Shown here in pieces: positions 16,358 through 26,550 of a stretch of 64,000 bases of DNA (its first letter is position 1; every line of letters begins with the position of its first letter). Origin of the DNA: Microgenomates group bacterium GW2011_GWC1_46_15 (GTDB lineage: Bacteria > Patescibacteriota > Microgenomatia > UBA1400 > UBA12028). A program made the position numbers and the translations under genes. Location: contig LCLX01000002.1 in assembly GCA_001002285.1 (NCBI GenBank), positions 3,827-67,826 on the forward strand. Reading direction: 5' to 3'. Under the pieces are notes generated by a model. That model saw only the letters and a list, made by a program, of their open reading frames with translations. It ran no database searches and was not told the DNA's origin.

Positions 16358-17449
16358 TTACACTCCGCATCCGCCACCTCCCTGTTTGGGTTGTGGAAGT
16401 GATTGAATCTTTGAGCGCGTTTCCTGATATCCTTTAGCACTGGAGTACTGCGTGCCCAACGCCACTTGCGGATCAATATTCTGCCACTCTTTTCCTTGTT
16501 CTTTAAAGTACATCGCCAAATCTATATACGTCTGTGGGAACCAGTATGAGTTCACGACAAGCGCGATCTTATACATATCTTTTTCGCTCACGCCGTTTGC
16601 CGCCAATAACTGGAGGAGACCAAGCATCGCCATGCCGTGATTGCAATCGGGGAAGTGTGTTGAGTTTCCACAACATGGGCGGTAAATGTTGCTTGAAACG
16701 CGGTCCACAAGATCCTGTTGGTCTTTGGTTAACGGCACATACGCGTGTTTACTGTAGTGATCCATTGCCTTTCCATTACTCAGCGTCCATCCTCCTGTTG
16801 ATGCAAAGTTTCCCGCACCGCCGTACTGTTTGTCGGTCATCTCGCCGTTTTCGAGAATGGGATTTTTGTTTGCTAACCCAAACGCCCACAAAATATCAAG
16901 CATGTACCGGCTGTTCTGCTCATTCATCACAATCGGGCCGTTCACAGATCCGGATAGCATCGTTTCTTCGACATTCTGCAGTCCGCCCTCAAAAAGCGCG
17001 CGGAACTTTTGGTCGTCAATAACTCCGTCTTTCACCATCTTTTTCCCAATATCGCCCCAGAAAATGGGAAGCACAACACCCTCTGTCGGCAGGACAACTT
17101 TTTGAAGTGCGGAAGCGTCAATACTCGCGTTTGCCGTTTTTGATGCTGCGTCTGTTTTATTTGAGGTTTGCGCCGTAGAAATATTGCGAGTATTCACGCG
17201 TTTGATCAATGTAAACTTCGGTTCTATGCGTATGGTAAACGTTTGAAGAAGAATCAGCAAACCAAAAAGCATAAGCGCGATCCCGCGCCAAACTTTTGTT
17301 TCCTTTTGAAGGTTTTTCCCTACGACAACGTTCCATACTTTGTGTATCGTGGGTGACAACACAACTGTGGACCGTTTTGAGATACGCTGAACATCTTTAA
17401 TATCTTTCGTTTCCATATATTTCCTTTCGTTGGTGTTACGATAGAACAC
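16358..17449 (-). CDS. membrane-anchored exported protein with conserved Cys/His cluster, unknown function
   Basis: N-terminal TM IALMLFGLLILL, Ser/Thr/Ala-rich linker, globular domain with RPCCGNSTHFPDCNHG and C-terminal GGGGCGV. Confidence 0.45.
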   Translation of the reverse strand: MFYRNTNERKYMETKDIKDVQRISKRSTVVLSPTIHKVWNVVVGKNLQKETKVWRGIALMLFGLLILLQTFTIRIEPKFTLIKRVNTRNISTAQTSNKTDAASKTANASIDASALQKVVLPTEGVVLPIFWGDIGKKMVKDGVIDDQKFRALFEGGLQNVEETMLSGSVNGPIVMNEQNSRYMLDILWAFGLANKNPILENGEMTDKQYGGAGNFASTGGWTLSNGKAMDHYSKHAYVPLTKDQQDLVDRVSSNIYRPCCGNSTHFPDCNHGMAMLGLLQLLAANGVSEKDMYKIALVVNSYWFPQTYIDLAMYFKEQGKEWQNIDPQVALGTQYSSAKGYQETRSKIQSLPQPKQGGGGCGV

Positions 17450-17552
17450 CCAACATGAAGGCAGGATGAAAATACATCGGTTTCCATTTCATCCACCACT
17501 CTCTTTTTTGTTTCATCTCCGCTTCATCTTCATCGGAGTACCTTACATATAT

Positions 17553-17795
17553 ATGAACTGTTGCGCTCCGGGGAATCATCCCAAAGAAGATACTTCATCA
17601 AAAAGTACGTGGTCGCAGATTCCACCTCTTGTGAAATATGGCACGCTCGCTGTCGTCGTGCTCGTTGCGTTGCGTGTTTTCCGTATTCCACTCGCAACGG
17701 CGATTCCGTACGGCGTGTTTCTCCTGTGTCCGCTCATGCATGTATTTATGATGAAGGGCCATAGTGTTCATGATCAAGAAAAAAAGAAGGTATAA
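17553..17795 (+). CDS. DUF2933-like small membrane protein (CC ... CPLMH motif)
   Basis: Starts MNCCAPG; C-terminal LLCPLMHVFMMKGH resembles the CPLMH signature of DUF2933 proteins found next to metal-homeostasis genes. Stop overlaps ccdA start (TAAATG). Confidence 0.5.
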   Translation: MNCCAPGNHPKEDTSSKSTWSQIPPLVKYGTLAVVVLVALRVFRIPLATAIPYGVFLLCPLMHVFMMKGHSVHDQEKKKV

Positions 17796-18665
17796 ATGGA
17801 TTTACTTGTGAGCGCCTCATTCGTCGCGTCTTTTTTTGCCGGTGTTGCCTCACTTTTTGCGCCGTGCTGTATCACCGTACTGCTTCCGTCATACTTGGCT
17901 TCAATCTTTAAACAGAAAACGACAATTTTCTTTATGACGTTTGTATATTTTCTCGGCCTTCTCGCGGTGTTTTTACCCATCGGGTTCGGGGCAACATTTC
18001 TAAGCACACTTTTCAGTACATACCATAATGTGATTTTCCTTTTTGGTGGAATATTTCTTTTACTTCTTGGCGGGTCAATGGTGCTGGGAATCCATCTTCC
18101 CCTTCCGTCTCCTGTTCATCCAAGCTTAAAGAGAGCAAACGTAGGATCGGTGTTTGTGTTGGGCGTGTTTTCGGCCATCGCGACAACCTGCTGCGCGCCC
18201 GTACTCGCGGGTGTTGTGGCGCTTTCTATCCTTCCCGGCTCTGTGGTATTGGGAGTGATTTACACGCTGGCATACGTTTTGGGCATGGTTTTTCCGCTGT
18301 TTATTCTTGCCACATTTCTCGATCACACAAAGTTTACGCAAAAGGTGTTCATGTTTCGGAAAACGGTGAAGTACACGCTCTTCGGAAAAACGATCACGGC
18401 TTCATATAGTGAACTATTCTCCGGCGTGTTGTTTTTTGCGCTCGGCAGTATTGTTACATTCCTCGCCGTTACAAACCGTCTGTTTGCGCACGCGGCGTAT
18501 CAGATGGATATCAACATTGCGCTGACACGGTTTATACAGTTCATCGGCCGATATACGCGCGTGCTCCCCGAACCGGTGTGGGCAGGCGTATTCGTGGTCA
18601 TTACCATTGGCATTGTGGTATACGCGATACGGATATATCAGAAAGAAACGAAAAGAAAGGAGTGA
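17796..18665 (+). CDS. ccdA: cytochrome c biogenesis / thiol-disulfide transmembrane electron transporter CcdA (DsbD family)
   Basis: Paired vicinal cysteines in TM helices (FAPCCITVLLPSYLA and ATTCCAPVLAG); multi-pass membrane protein. Confidence 0.7.
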   Translation: MDLLVSASFVASFFAGVASLFAPCCITVLLPSYLASIFKQKTTIFFMTFVYFLGLLAVFLPIGFGATFLSTLFSTYHNVIFLFGGIFLLLLGGSMVLGIHLPLPSPVHPSLKRANVGSVFVLGVFSAIATTCCAPVLAGVVALSILPGSVVLGVIYTLAYVLGMVFPLFILATFLDHTKFTQKVFMFRKTVKYTLFGKTITASYSELFSGVLFFALGSIVTFLAVTNRLFAHAAYQMDINIALTRFIQFIGRYTRVLPEPVWAGVFVVITIGIVVYAIRIYQKETKRKE

Positions 18666-18666
18666 T

Positions 18667-19344
18667 ATGACAAAGTTTATACAGTGGACCGGGCTTGCTC
18701 TTTTGGGTATAGGGGCTGTGGCATCGTTGACGTATGTCGTCATGAGCTACCGTATTGTTCCTGTAGAAAAAAATAACTCTTTTCCGGCAGATCAATCCTC
18801 CACTCCAACCGCCCAGCAAACTGCGGCTTCTTCTGATGACCACCACGGCGCATCTGCCGCTGTTGATTCAGCAGTATTTAATGGACTTGTTGGAAAAACC
18901 GCCCCGGACTTTACGCTGGAAAAGTATGACGGCACAACGGTAACATTGAGTAGTCTGCGCGGAAAAAATATCATTCTCTTTTTTAACGAAGGTCTCATGT
19001 GTTACCCGGCGTGCTGGAATCAGATCGCGGCGTTCGGGAACGCGAAAGAGTTTGATCCCGCAACGACCGTGATTTTCAATATTACGACCGATCCTAAACG
19101 CGACTGGACGAACGCGGTCAAAAAAATGCCGGAGCTTGCAGCCGCAACTGTGCTTTTTGACACAAACCGCGTTATATCATCTGCATACGGGGTGTTGACG
19201 TTGCCGTCGTCTATGCACCGCGGGCAATTCCCCGGACATAGTTATGTGATTGTTGATAAAAACGGCGTTGTGCAGTTTGTGCGCGACGACGTGCAAATGG
19301 CGGTACGAAATAAAGAGCTCGCGGAAGAAGTAAAAAAGATTTAG
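18667..19344 (+). CDS. membrane-anchored thioredoxin-like thiol-disulfide oxidoreductase (TlpA/ResA-like)
   Basis: N-terminal TM; GKTAPDFTLEKYDGTTVTLSSLRGKNIILFF...CYPAC. CxxC is in AhpC/TSA-thioredoxin fold context. Confidence 0.7.
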   Translation: MTKFIQWTGLALLGIGAVASLTYVVMSYRIVPVEKNNSFPADQSSTPTAQQTAASSDDHHGASAAVDSAVFNGLVGKTAPDFTLEKYDGTTVTLSSLRGKNIILFFNEGLMCYPACWNQIAAFGNAKEFDPATTVIFNITTDPKRDWTNAVKKMPELAAATVLFDTNRVISSAYGVLTLPSSMHRGQFPGHSYVIVDKNGVVQFVRDDVQMAVRNKELAEEVKKI

Positions 19345-19362
19345 TCTATCCACACAAAAGAA

Positions 19363-20757
19363 TTACGACAAAGAATGAAAACTCACTGTTACGCGCGTTC
19401 CTTTTCCTCTTTTTGACCAAAGAGCAACAGTACCACTCATATGCTCAACAATGGCTTTCGTCATTGCTAACCCCAGACCGGAACCCTTGGTTATTACTCC
19501 CGTTCCACGATAAAACCGGTTAAACACGCGCGGAAGATCGCGTTTGGCAATTCCAACTCCTGTATCTTCAATACGCATGTCTACCCTGTGATTGTTCTGC
19601 GCACGGAACGTGCTGAGTGTGATCGTGCCGCCGATTTTCGAGTGCGTTACTGCATTGTGCACAACATTGCCGAGCGCGCGGCGCATCATGTGCGGGTCGG
19701 CGAGGAGTACAATATTTTTTTGAATGTTCTTCTGAATGTTTAATCTTTTTTCAGCCCCCAGGGTTTCTGCCAACTCCGCAAGCTCCTCCATAATGTTTGA
19801 CGTATTTACGCGCTGAAGTTTCATATCGCCTTGCGTTTCAATCCGTGAAATCAACAGTAAATCATTAATCGTGCGGACCATCGCATCAATGGTTTCGATC
19901 AATGGCTGCCGGCGGGTGGACGTTTCAGGCAGTTCCCGTTCGATATGCGACCGGAGTACCGCGAGCGGCGTCTTCAGGGTATGCGCGGCATCAGAAAAAA
20001 ATTCGTGCTCTTTTGTAAACACGCGCTGAAGCCGTCCAAGCATCGTATTCATGGACATAACAATGGTTTCCAACTCCTTTGTAAGATGTGTTTCATCAAC
20101 GCGTAAAGAAAGGCCGCGGGAACTCGTAATGTGCTGAACGGTCTGTGCGATCTGTTCCAGTGGATTGAGTGCGCGTTTGACCAACTGCGACCCAATCACA
20201 GCCAAAATAACAAGCGTTGCAAACATCACACCAAGAATCAGCACCACGATACTCCGAAACGTTTTTTCGATCACTGCCGTTGAGTATCCAACGCCAAGAA
20301 CGCCTTCGCCGGGGCTTTCGCGCACGGTCACCGAAGCAAACGTCATGTCACCCACACGAAAATGCACGGGCTTGGTATTTCCCCGTTCTCCCGCGATCAT
20401 CAGCTTTTGCATCTGGTGCTCCGTCACGATGGAAATGTCCGGGCTGTTCGTTTGGAGGACCGGAGAGCCGTCTGGAGAAAGGAGAACAACAGTCATGCCC
20501 TGAGTACTCACCAAGTTTTTGAGCAGGCGATCGCGCTCCTCACCCCTATAGGTTTCAACAATTTGCTTTGCTTCGTTGATCACCACGTGAATGTGATGGT
20601 CAATCTGATTGTGCAGAGTAACAAAAAACACTACGCTGAACAAAAAAGCGAGCAGGGCAAACGCGCAGAGTGTAGAAACAATGTAAAAAGATGTGAGCCG
20701 TCCACGAAGCGTGTGCATAAACGAAAACGAGCGCAACCATTGCAAAAAATGTATCAT
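19363..20757 (-). CDS. sensor histidine kinase (two TM helices, HAMP, HisKA, HATPase_c)
   Basis: H-box AHTLKTPLAVL, N/G-boxes (GNVVHNAVTHS, EDTGVGI, GSGLGLAM); stop overlaps the response regulator start region. Confidence 0.8.
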   Translation of the reverse strand: MIHFLQWLRSFSFMHTLRGRLTSFYIVSTLCAFALLAFLFSVVFFVTLHNQIDHHIHVVINEAKQIVETYRGEERDRLLKNLVSTQGMTVVLLSPDGSPVLQTNSPDISIVTEHQMQKLMIAGERGNTKPVHFRVGDMTFASVTVRESPGEGVLGVGYSTAVIEKTFRSIVVLILGVMFATLVILAVIGSQLVKRALNPLEQIAQTVQHITSSRGLSLRVDETHLTKELETIVMSMNTMLGRLQRVFTKEHEFFSDAAHTLKTPLAVLRSHIERELPETSTRRQPLIETIDAMVRTINDLLLISRIETQGDMKLQRVNTSNIMEELAELAETLGAEKRLNIQKNIQKNIVLLADPHMMRRALGNVVHNAVTHSKIGGTITLSTFRAQNNHRVDMRIEDTGVGIAKRDLPRVFNRFYRGTGVITKGSGLGLAMTKAIVEHMSGTVALWSKRGKGTRVTVSFHSLS

Positions 20758-21428
20758 CGTGTGTCCGAAAAACTATATCCGCCGCCGCGGATGGTATGAA
20801 TCATGCGTTTTTTCCCCTGTACATCAATTTTCCTTCGGAGATTGCGGATGTACACGTCAACAACATTTGAAAACGTTTCAAAATCGCTTCCCCACACGTG
20901 TTCCATAATCATCGCGCGAGAAACTACTTCGTCACTGTGCCGTGCCAAAAACTCCAATACAGCAAACTCTTTGGCCGAAAACGTGATCGGAACATGTTTC
21001 CGCACTACCCGGTGTGTCTGCGGATTGATGGTGATATCTCCAACGCGCAGAATCGGAAGCGGCTCTTTGCTGTTTCGCCGGATGAGCGCGCGTACGCGGG
21101 CAACGAGTTCGCGGGAGTCCACCGGTTTGGATACGTAGTCGTCCGCCCCCGTGTCTAAACCCCGGACGCGGTCTTCGATTCCGTCGCGTACCGTCATCAT
21201 TACAATAGGTGTTTTGTTTTTCCTCTTCCTGAGTTGCGCGCATACATCAAATCCGTTCCCGTCTGGAAGCATGATATCAAGAACGATGCAGTCATACCCA
21301 TATTCCGTTGCCTGAAAAAGGCCGTCTACCGCTGTATGCGCTGTGTCAACGGCAAATCCCACGTGCTCAAGCGCGGTGTGGAGGTTGCGCGCGAGCGTTT
21401 GGTCGTCTTCAACCAGAAGTACTTTCAT
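20754..21428 (-). CDS. OmpR-family response regulator
   Basis: Receiver domain MKVLLVEDD...DCIVLDIMLPDG plus winged-helix output domain (RHSDEVVSRAMIMEHVWG). Confidence 0.85.
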   Translation of the reverse strand: MKVLLVEDDQTLARNLHTALEHVGFAVDTAHTAVDGLFQATEYGYDCIVLDIMLPDGNGFDVCAQLRKRKNKTPIVMMTVRDGIEDRVRGLDTGADDYVSKPVDSRELVARVRALIRRNSKEPLPILRVGDITINPQTHRVVRKHVPITFSAKEFAVLEFLARHSDEVVSRAMIMEHVWGSDFETFSNVVDVYIRNLRRKIDVQGKKRMIHTIRGGGYSFSDTR

Positions 21429-21575
21429 GCCCGCATTATATACCGCCCCGCATATTACTCATGCACTACATCGAGTTCTTCATCTTCCCTTCATGTTCGT
21501 AAAAGTATGGTAAACACGCACCGTATGTCCTATGATGAAAGTAGTAGCATAGTTTTGGGGAAGAAGGTGAAAAAT

Positions 21576-21845
21576 ATGAAAAAACACCATCTTATGGCAG
21601 CAAACGCGCTCGCGTTGACTGCACTTGTTGTATGGGTCACCTGTTCCATCTTTGTGACGATGTTTCCGGGCACAGCAGAAATGGTAACATTGGCGATGCT
21701 TCACGGCAGAAACTTTGCCGGAACTCGCATGATGCAGGTAACCCCAGGAGGATTTGGTCTTGGTGGAGTTGTTCTCGTCGCATACGCCTGGTTTATTGGA
21801 TATGTACACAGCGCGATTACGGAGAAACTCCAAAAGCGCAGATAG
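21576..21845 (+). CDS. small membrane protein, unknown function
   Basis: 89 aa from MKKHHLMAAN with GAAGGTG RBS; two TM helices; leads the copper operon. Confidence 0.4.
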   Translation: MKKHHLMAANALALTALVVWVTCSIFVTMFPGTAEMVTLAMLHGRNFAGTRMMQVTPGGFGLGGVVLVAYAWFIGYVHSAITEKLQKRR

Positions 21846-21878
21846 TCTATTGAATGGTTTGACTAAGGAAGGTGAAAT

Positions 21879-22235
21879 ATGCTGACATTTTTTGTCAATG
21901 TTTTTGGCGCTGGATTGATGATCTTTACGTACTGGTTTTTCTTTATGAAAAAGGAGGAAAAAGCTGTGGAAGCAGAATCGCGTCTTACAATTACCGTTGA
22001 CGGCGGATACACACCAAATGTTATCCAGTTAAAAAGGGGGCAGAAAACAACGTTGGCGTTTTTCCGCAAAGACCCCAGCTCGTGTTTGGAAGAAGTGGTG
22101 ATGTCTGAGTTTAAGATCAGACAGTTTCTTCCGCTCAATCAAACGACAGATATTGTTATTACGCCAAAAGAAACGGGAACCTTTGACATTCATTGTGGGA
22201 TGAATATGTATCATGGGAAAATCGAGGTCGTATGA
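21879..22235 (+). CDS. membrane-anchored cupredoxin-like domain protein
   Basis: N-terminal TM then beta-sandwich domain ending [13 protein letters not shown] (Cys/His/Met cluster). Stop overlaps copA start (ATGA). Confidence 0.6.
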   Translation: MLTFFVNVFGAGLMIFTYWFFFMKKEEKAVEAESRLTITVDGGYTPNVIQLKRGQKTTLAFFRKDPSSCLEEVVMSEFKIRQFLPLNQTTDIVITPKETGTFDIHCGMNMYHGKIEVV

Positions 22236-24460
22236 AAAAACTTTCGTTTCCCATTACCGGCATGCACTGCGCGAGTTGCGCGATGAACATTCAGCGCAAG
22301 CTCTTGAAAACGTCTGGTGTGGCATCTGCAAACGTTAACTACGCAAACGAACAGGCAACCGTTGAGTTTGATGAGAATATGTGCTCGGAACCTCAGCTTG
22401 GAAAAGCGGTAGAATCCTTGGGGTACAAAGCGCATATTGGCGAGCAAAAAGGGTCTGAAGATATTGTTGAAGAGGCGCGGGCGCACGATCTCACCGAACT
22501 GAAGCGTAAACTTTGGGTAAGCGGGATACTGAGTGCGCTTTTACTCACCGCGGCGATGATTCCGTTTGCTCCACCATTCCTCAAAAATCCATGGCTCATG
22601 TGGCTTCTTGCAACGCCTGTGCAGTTTTGGGCCGGCTGGCAGTATTATCAAAGCGCGTGGTCAGGACTCAAAAACCGCAGTGCGAACATGGATACGCTCA
22701 TCGCTCTGGGAACATCTGTTGCGTATCTCTACTCCGTGTTTGTTGTTTTGCAAAAATCTCTGCTGGAGGGTCTTGGGTTGCGGGCAGATGTGTACTTTGA
22801 AGTGTCGGCAACAATCATTACGCTTATCTTACTTGGGAAATTTTTTGAACTGCGCGCAAAAGGACAGACATCGGCGGCGATTAGAAAACTCATTGGCCTG
22901 CAGGCAAAAACGGCACGAGTTCTTCGCGATGGGGAGGAACTCCAACTACCAATTGACCACATTGTAAAAGGGGATCGCCTGCTTGTGAAACCTGGTGAAA
23001 AAATTCCCGTGGATGGCGTGATCGCAAAAGGAGCCACTTCAATTGATGAAAGTATGGTGACGGGTGAAAGCTTGCCTGTCGAAAAAGGGGAAGGGAGTAA
23101 AGTGATCGGTGCGACCATTAACCAGTCCGGCGCGTTTGAAATGACTGCAGAAAAAGTTGGTGCGGAAACAATGCTTGCGCAAATCATTGAACTTGTAAAA
23201 GAAGCGCAGGGGTCGCGTGCGCCGATTCAAAAACTCGTGGACATTATCTCATCGTACTTTGTGCCAATTGTCATCATGCTCGCAATCCTCACCTTTTTAC
23301 TGTGGTTTAACTTTGGGCCGGAGCCCCAGCTTGTGCGTGCGCTCATCAGCCTCATTGCCGTGCTGATTATCGCGTGCCCGTGCGCGCTTGGGCTGGCAAC
23401 GCCGACATCAATCATGGTGGGAACAGGAAAAGGCGCGGAGAACGGCATTCTCATTAAAGACGCCGAAGCACTGGAAGTCGCGGGAAAAATCCAAACGGTG
23501 GTGTTTGACAAAACCGGTACACTCACGGAAGGGAAACCCAAAGTGCAGGGGGTTGAGTATACCTCTGGCGTGAAAAACGGCGCGAAAAACATGACGCGGC
23601 TGAAGGCGCTCATTTTTTCTGCGGAAAAACAGTCGCACCACCCGTTGGCTGATGCCGTCGTGAAACATTTTGAGAACGAAGTAAAACCCATTGAGGTAAC
23701 AAAGTTTCTTGATATTTCCGGATTTGGCATTGCGGCAACACTTGGAAAAGACAAGTTATTGATTGGCACGGAAAAACTCATGCAAAGGGAACATATTACC
23801 ATTCCGCAGTTGCTTAAGCAAAAAGCCGAACAAGCAAAGGAAAACGCGCAAACCGTGTCGTACGTTGCACTCAACAACACGTGCGTTGCACTCATTAGTA
23901 TTGCAGACACCGTGAAGCCCGCGGCAAAAGATGTGATCGCCACGCTCAAAAAAGCCGGAATCCAGACCGTCATGATTACGGGCGATAACACGGCCACGGC
24001 AAACGCCATCGCCAAACAGATCGGCGTGGACATCGTACTCGCCGAGGTGCTTCCACAGGACAAAGAAGCAAAAATCCAGGAGCTTAAAAAACAAGGTAAA
24101 AAGGTGGCGATGGTGGGAGATGGCATTAACGATGCTCCGGCACTTGCCGCCGCAGACGTGGGAATTGCGATGGGCAATGGAACAGACGTGGCTATTGAGT
24201 CCGCTGGCATTGTTCTTCTGCGGAGCGACATCGGCCTCGTACCAAAAGCGCTCAAACTTTCTAAATCCACAATGCGCAACATCAAAGAAAATCTTGTGTG
24301 GGCGTTCGGGTATAATGTTATTCTGATTCCTGTCGCGATGGGCGCATTGTATCCATTCCTCGGTATCCAACTGCATCCCATTCTGGCAAGCGGAGCGATG
24401 GCGTTGTCAAGTGTGTCGGTTGTTACGAACGCGTTACGGTTAAAAAAAGTAAAGATATAA
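22232..24460 (+). CDS. copA: copper-translocating P1B-type ATPase
   Basis: N-terminal HMA domain GMHCASC, TM CPC motif ACPCALG, DKTGTLT phosphorylation site, GDGINDAP hinge. Confidence 0.9.
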   Translation: MKKLSFPITGMHCASCAMNIQRKLLKTSGVASANVNYANEQATVEFDENMCSEPQLGKAVESLGYKAHIGEQKGSEDIVEEARAHDLTELKRKLWVSGILSALLLTAAMIPFAPPFLKNPWLMWLLATPVQFWAGWQYYQSAWSGLKNRSANMDTLIALGTSVAYLYSVFVVLQKSLLEGLGLRADVYFEVSATIITLILLGKFFELRAKGQTSAAIRKLIGLQAKTARVLRDGEELQLPIDHIVKGDRLLVKPGEKIPVDGVIAKGATSIDESMVTGESLPVEKGEGSKVIGATINQSGAFEMTAEKVGAETMLAQIIELVKEAQGSRAPIQKLVDIISSYFVPIVIMLAILTFLLWFNFGPEPQLVRALISLIAVLIIACPCALGLATPTSIMVGTGKGAENGILIKDAEALEVAGKIQTVVFDKTGTLTEGKPKVQGVEYTSGVKNGAKNMTRLKALIFSAEKQSHHPLADAVVKHFENEVKPIEVTKFLDISGFGIAATLGKDKLLIGTEKLMQREHITIPQLLKQKAEQAKENAQTVSYVALNNTCVALISIADTVKPAAKDVIATLKKAGIQTVMITGDNTATANAIAKQIGVDIVLAEVLPQDKEAKIQELKKQGKKVAMVGDGINDAPALAAADVGIAMGNGTDVAIESAGIVLLRSDIGLVPKALKLSKSTMRNIKENLVWAFGYNVILIPVAMGALYPFLGIQLHPILASGAMALSSVSVVTNALRLKKVKI

Positions 24461-24472
24461 AAAGGTAGTCGT

Positions 24473-25627
24473 ATGAATCTTTGGGCGATTTTTTTGATCG
24501 GGCTCACGACGGGCGGGTTGTCGTGCTTGGCAGTGCAGGGGGGCTTACTCGCCGGCATTATTGCGAACGAAAAAGAGGAGGAGCTCTCCACACAGGAACA
24601 CGATGCCCACTCGCGTAAGGCGGCGCGGCGGGAAGCGTACTTACAGAAACTCCGCAGTACAGAAGCGCGCATGAATCCACTGGCGAGTGTTCAACGCGTG
24701 CTTGCGGGATTTGATTGGCTGCCGATTACCATGTTTTTGGTTGCCAAACTACTTTCGCATGTCGCGCTTGGCGCGCTGTTGGGTGCGCTTGGCTCTGTCA
24801 TCACGTTAAGTCTGGGCGTTCGTCTCACGTTCCAAGTGTTCACCGCGTTATTTATGTTCGCGACCGCGATGAATCTGCTCGAAGTCCACCCGATTTTCCG
24901 GTATGTGATGTTCCAGCCCCCGCGGTTTCTCCAGCGGTTTATCCGCAACACCGCGCGCGGAAAGGCGATGTTTACCCCGGCAATCCTCGGACTGTTGACT
25001 GTCTTTATTCCATGCGGTGTAACACAGGCGATGGAAGTGATTGCGATTAATACCGGCAATCCCGTGTACGGTGCGCTCATCATGGGCGCGTTCGTGCTAG
25101 GCACGTCACCACTGTTTACACTGATTGGCATTGCCACCGCAAAGTTTTCCGATTTGTGGAACCATCGCTTTTTACAGGTTGCCGCAGTCGCTCTTATATT
25201 CATGACGTTGTATAGCTTGAACGGCGTATTTGTGGTACTCAACCTCCCGTTTTCTGCACAAAATATCGTGCGGACCATTGCTGATTTCGGCAAGCCGCCG
25301 GACTGGTACGGCTCGGCGGGCGCACTGGCGGCGGGGAATAGTGTTGTCCCTACCACCAACGGCAAACAGGTGGTTACGATCAGTGTAACCAACAATGGGT
25401 ACACACCCAAAGAGTTTACGGTAAAGGCGGGCGTACCGGTTGAACTGGATCTTGAAACAAACAAAGTGTACACGTGTGCGTCGTCATTTACGTTCCGCAC
25501 GTTCAATATCTTCGTTCAGCTCAAGCCCACCGACTCCAAAATTCTTGCGTTTACGCCAACCGAGAAAGGGAGTTTCCAGTTTTCGTGCTCGATGGGGATG
25601 TACACGGGCATGATGCACGTCATTTAG
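24473..25627 (+). CDS. polytopic membrane protein (putative metal permease) fused to C-terminal cupredoxin-like domain
   Basis: N-terminal ~6 TM region (LIGLTTGGLSCLAVQGGLLAG); C-terminal soluble domain ending FSCSMGMYTGMMHVI, parallel to the upstream cupredoxin-like protein. Confidence 0.5.
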   Translation: MNLWAIFLIGLTTGGLSCLAVQGGLLAGIIANEKEEELSTQEHDAHSRKAARREAYLQKLRSTEARMNPLASVQRVLAGFDWLPITMFLVAKLLSHVALGALLGALGSVITLSLGVRLTFQVFTALFMFATAMNLLEVHPIFRYVMFQPPRFLQRFIRNTARGKAMFTPAILGLLTVFIPCGVTQAMEVIAINTGNPVYGALIMGAFVLGTSPLFTLIGIATAKFSDLWNHRFLQVAAVALIFMTLYSLNGVFVVLNLPFSAQNIVRTIADFGKPPDWYGSAGALAAGNSVVPTTNGKQVVTISVTNNGYTPKEFTVKAGVPVELDLETNKVYTCASSFTFRTFNIFVQLKPTDSKILAFTPTEKGSFQFSCSMGMYTGMMHVI

Positions 25628-25649
25628 TCGCATGTGAGAGAGGAGAACT

Positions 25650-25886
25650 ATGTTTGGACTATTCAACAAAAAACCGCGCGGAGAAACCATCACGCTGAGT
25701 ATTGACGGCATGCACTGCGTATCGTGCAGTATGAATATTGACGGCACACTTGAGGATTTGGGCGGCGTGATCGAAAGTAAAACAAACTATGCGAGCGGGA
25801 AAACAATCATTGTGTACGATCCAAAAACATTTTCACTGGAAAAAAGCCGGAAAGCGATCGAAGCGCTTGGGTACAGCGTTTCTTGA
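25650..25886 (+). CDS. copZ: copper chaperone CopZ (HMA domain)
   Basis: 78 aa, GMHCVSC metal-binding motif in ferredoxin-like fold. Confidence 0.8.
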   Translation: MFGLFNKKPRGETITLSIDGMHCVSCSMNIDGTLEDLGGVIESKTNYASGKTIIVYDPKTFSLEKSRKAIEALGYSVS

Positions 25887-25929
25887 CTTTCTGGTATAAT
25901 GCGGCATATCAAGCTATATAAGGAGGCAT

Positions 25930-26268
25930 ATGCCACAGGCATCGCAAGAAAAATTTCCAAAAGCAGTGGTAGTGCTGAAAAATGATTTTGTTCCAACTGG
26001 AAAAGCTCGAAGCGCTATTGAGTGTGGGCCGCATGGGTGTGAGTGGCATAGGCAGGGCATGAGTGTTAAAGTTATTCCCACAAACATACCTTTGGAACAT
26101 CCGACATTGATTATTACGCAAGTGGAAGGTACGCCATCTATGACTTTAGAAGAATTCCAAAAGTTCGTGCAGACCAATCTTGCTTTTGTTGGTATTGATG
26201 TTGGGGCGTACACAATGGAACTTCTCGCAGGAACAACGCAGAAAACAGAAAATGCAGTAAAATCTTAA
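25930..26268 (+). CDS. hypothetical protein
   Basis: 112 aa; start embedded in palindrome GGCATATGCC after GGAGG RBS. Confidence 0.35.
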   Translation: MPQASQEKFPKAVVVLKNDFVPTGKARSAIECGPHGCEWHRQGMSVKVIPTNIPLEHPTLIITQVEGTPSMTLEEFQKFVQTNLAFVGIDVGAYTMELLAGTTQKTENAVKS

Positions 26269-26280
26269 AAAAGAAGGCAT

Positions 26281-26550
26281 ATGCCACCAACAGACGAACA
26301 ACATGTAGATTGGTATGCAGAAGTTGAGATTCCCCCATATACACCAAAAGATCCTCTCAGTGTAACAAAAGCGGCAACTATAGCGGGGGTTCAGGTGTTT
26401 CATAATGACGGAAAAAAATGTACTTTTTATCTTCCGCTTGAAGAAAAACAAGATAGAGAAACACTTTTAGCTCGGGTACGGGATGCACTTGGATTTCTCG
26501 ATATTCCTGCGCATGTTCTTATTAAAATGACTGCGGAAACCACTGTATGA
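26281..26550 (+). CDS. hypothetical protein
   Basis: 89 aa; same AGGCATATGCCAC start context as the previous gene. Confidence 0.35.
   Translation: MPPTDEQHVDWYAEVEIPPYTPKDPLSVTKAATIAGVQVFHNDGKKCTFYLPLEEKQDRETLLARVRDALGFLDIPAHVLIKMTAETTV

Noticed and set aside
23227-24672. 481-aa ORF on minus strand inside copA
   Set aside because: Antisense to a well-supported P-type ATPase; low-complexity Ser/Ala/Pro composition typical of reverse-frame artefacts.
24691-25506. 271-aa minus-strand ORF inside the permease-cupredoxin gene
   Set aside because: Antisense to a gene with clear TM and cupredoxin-like domain signatures.
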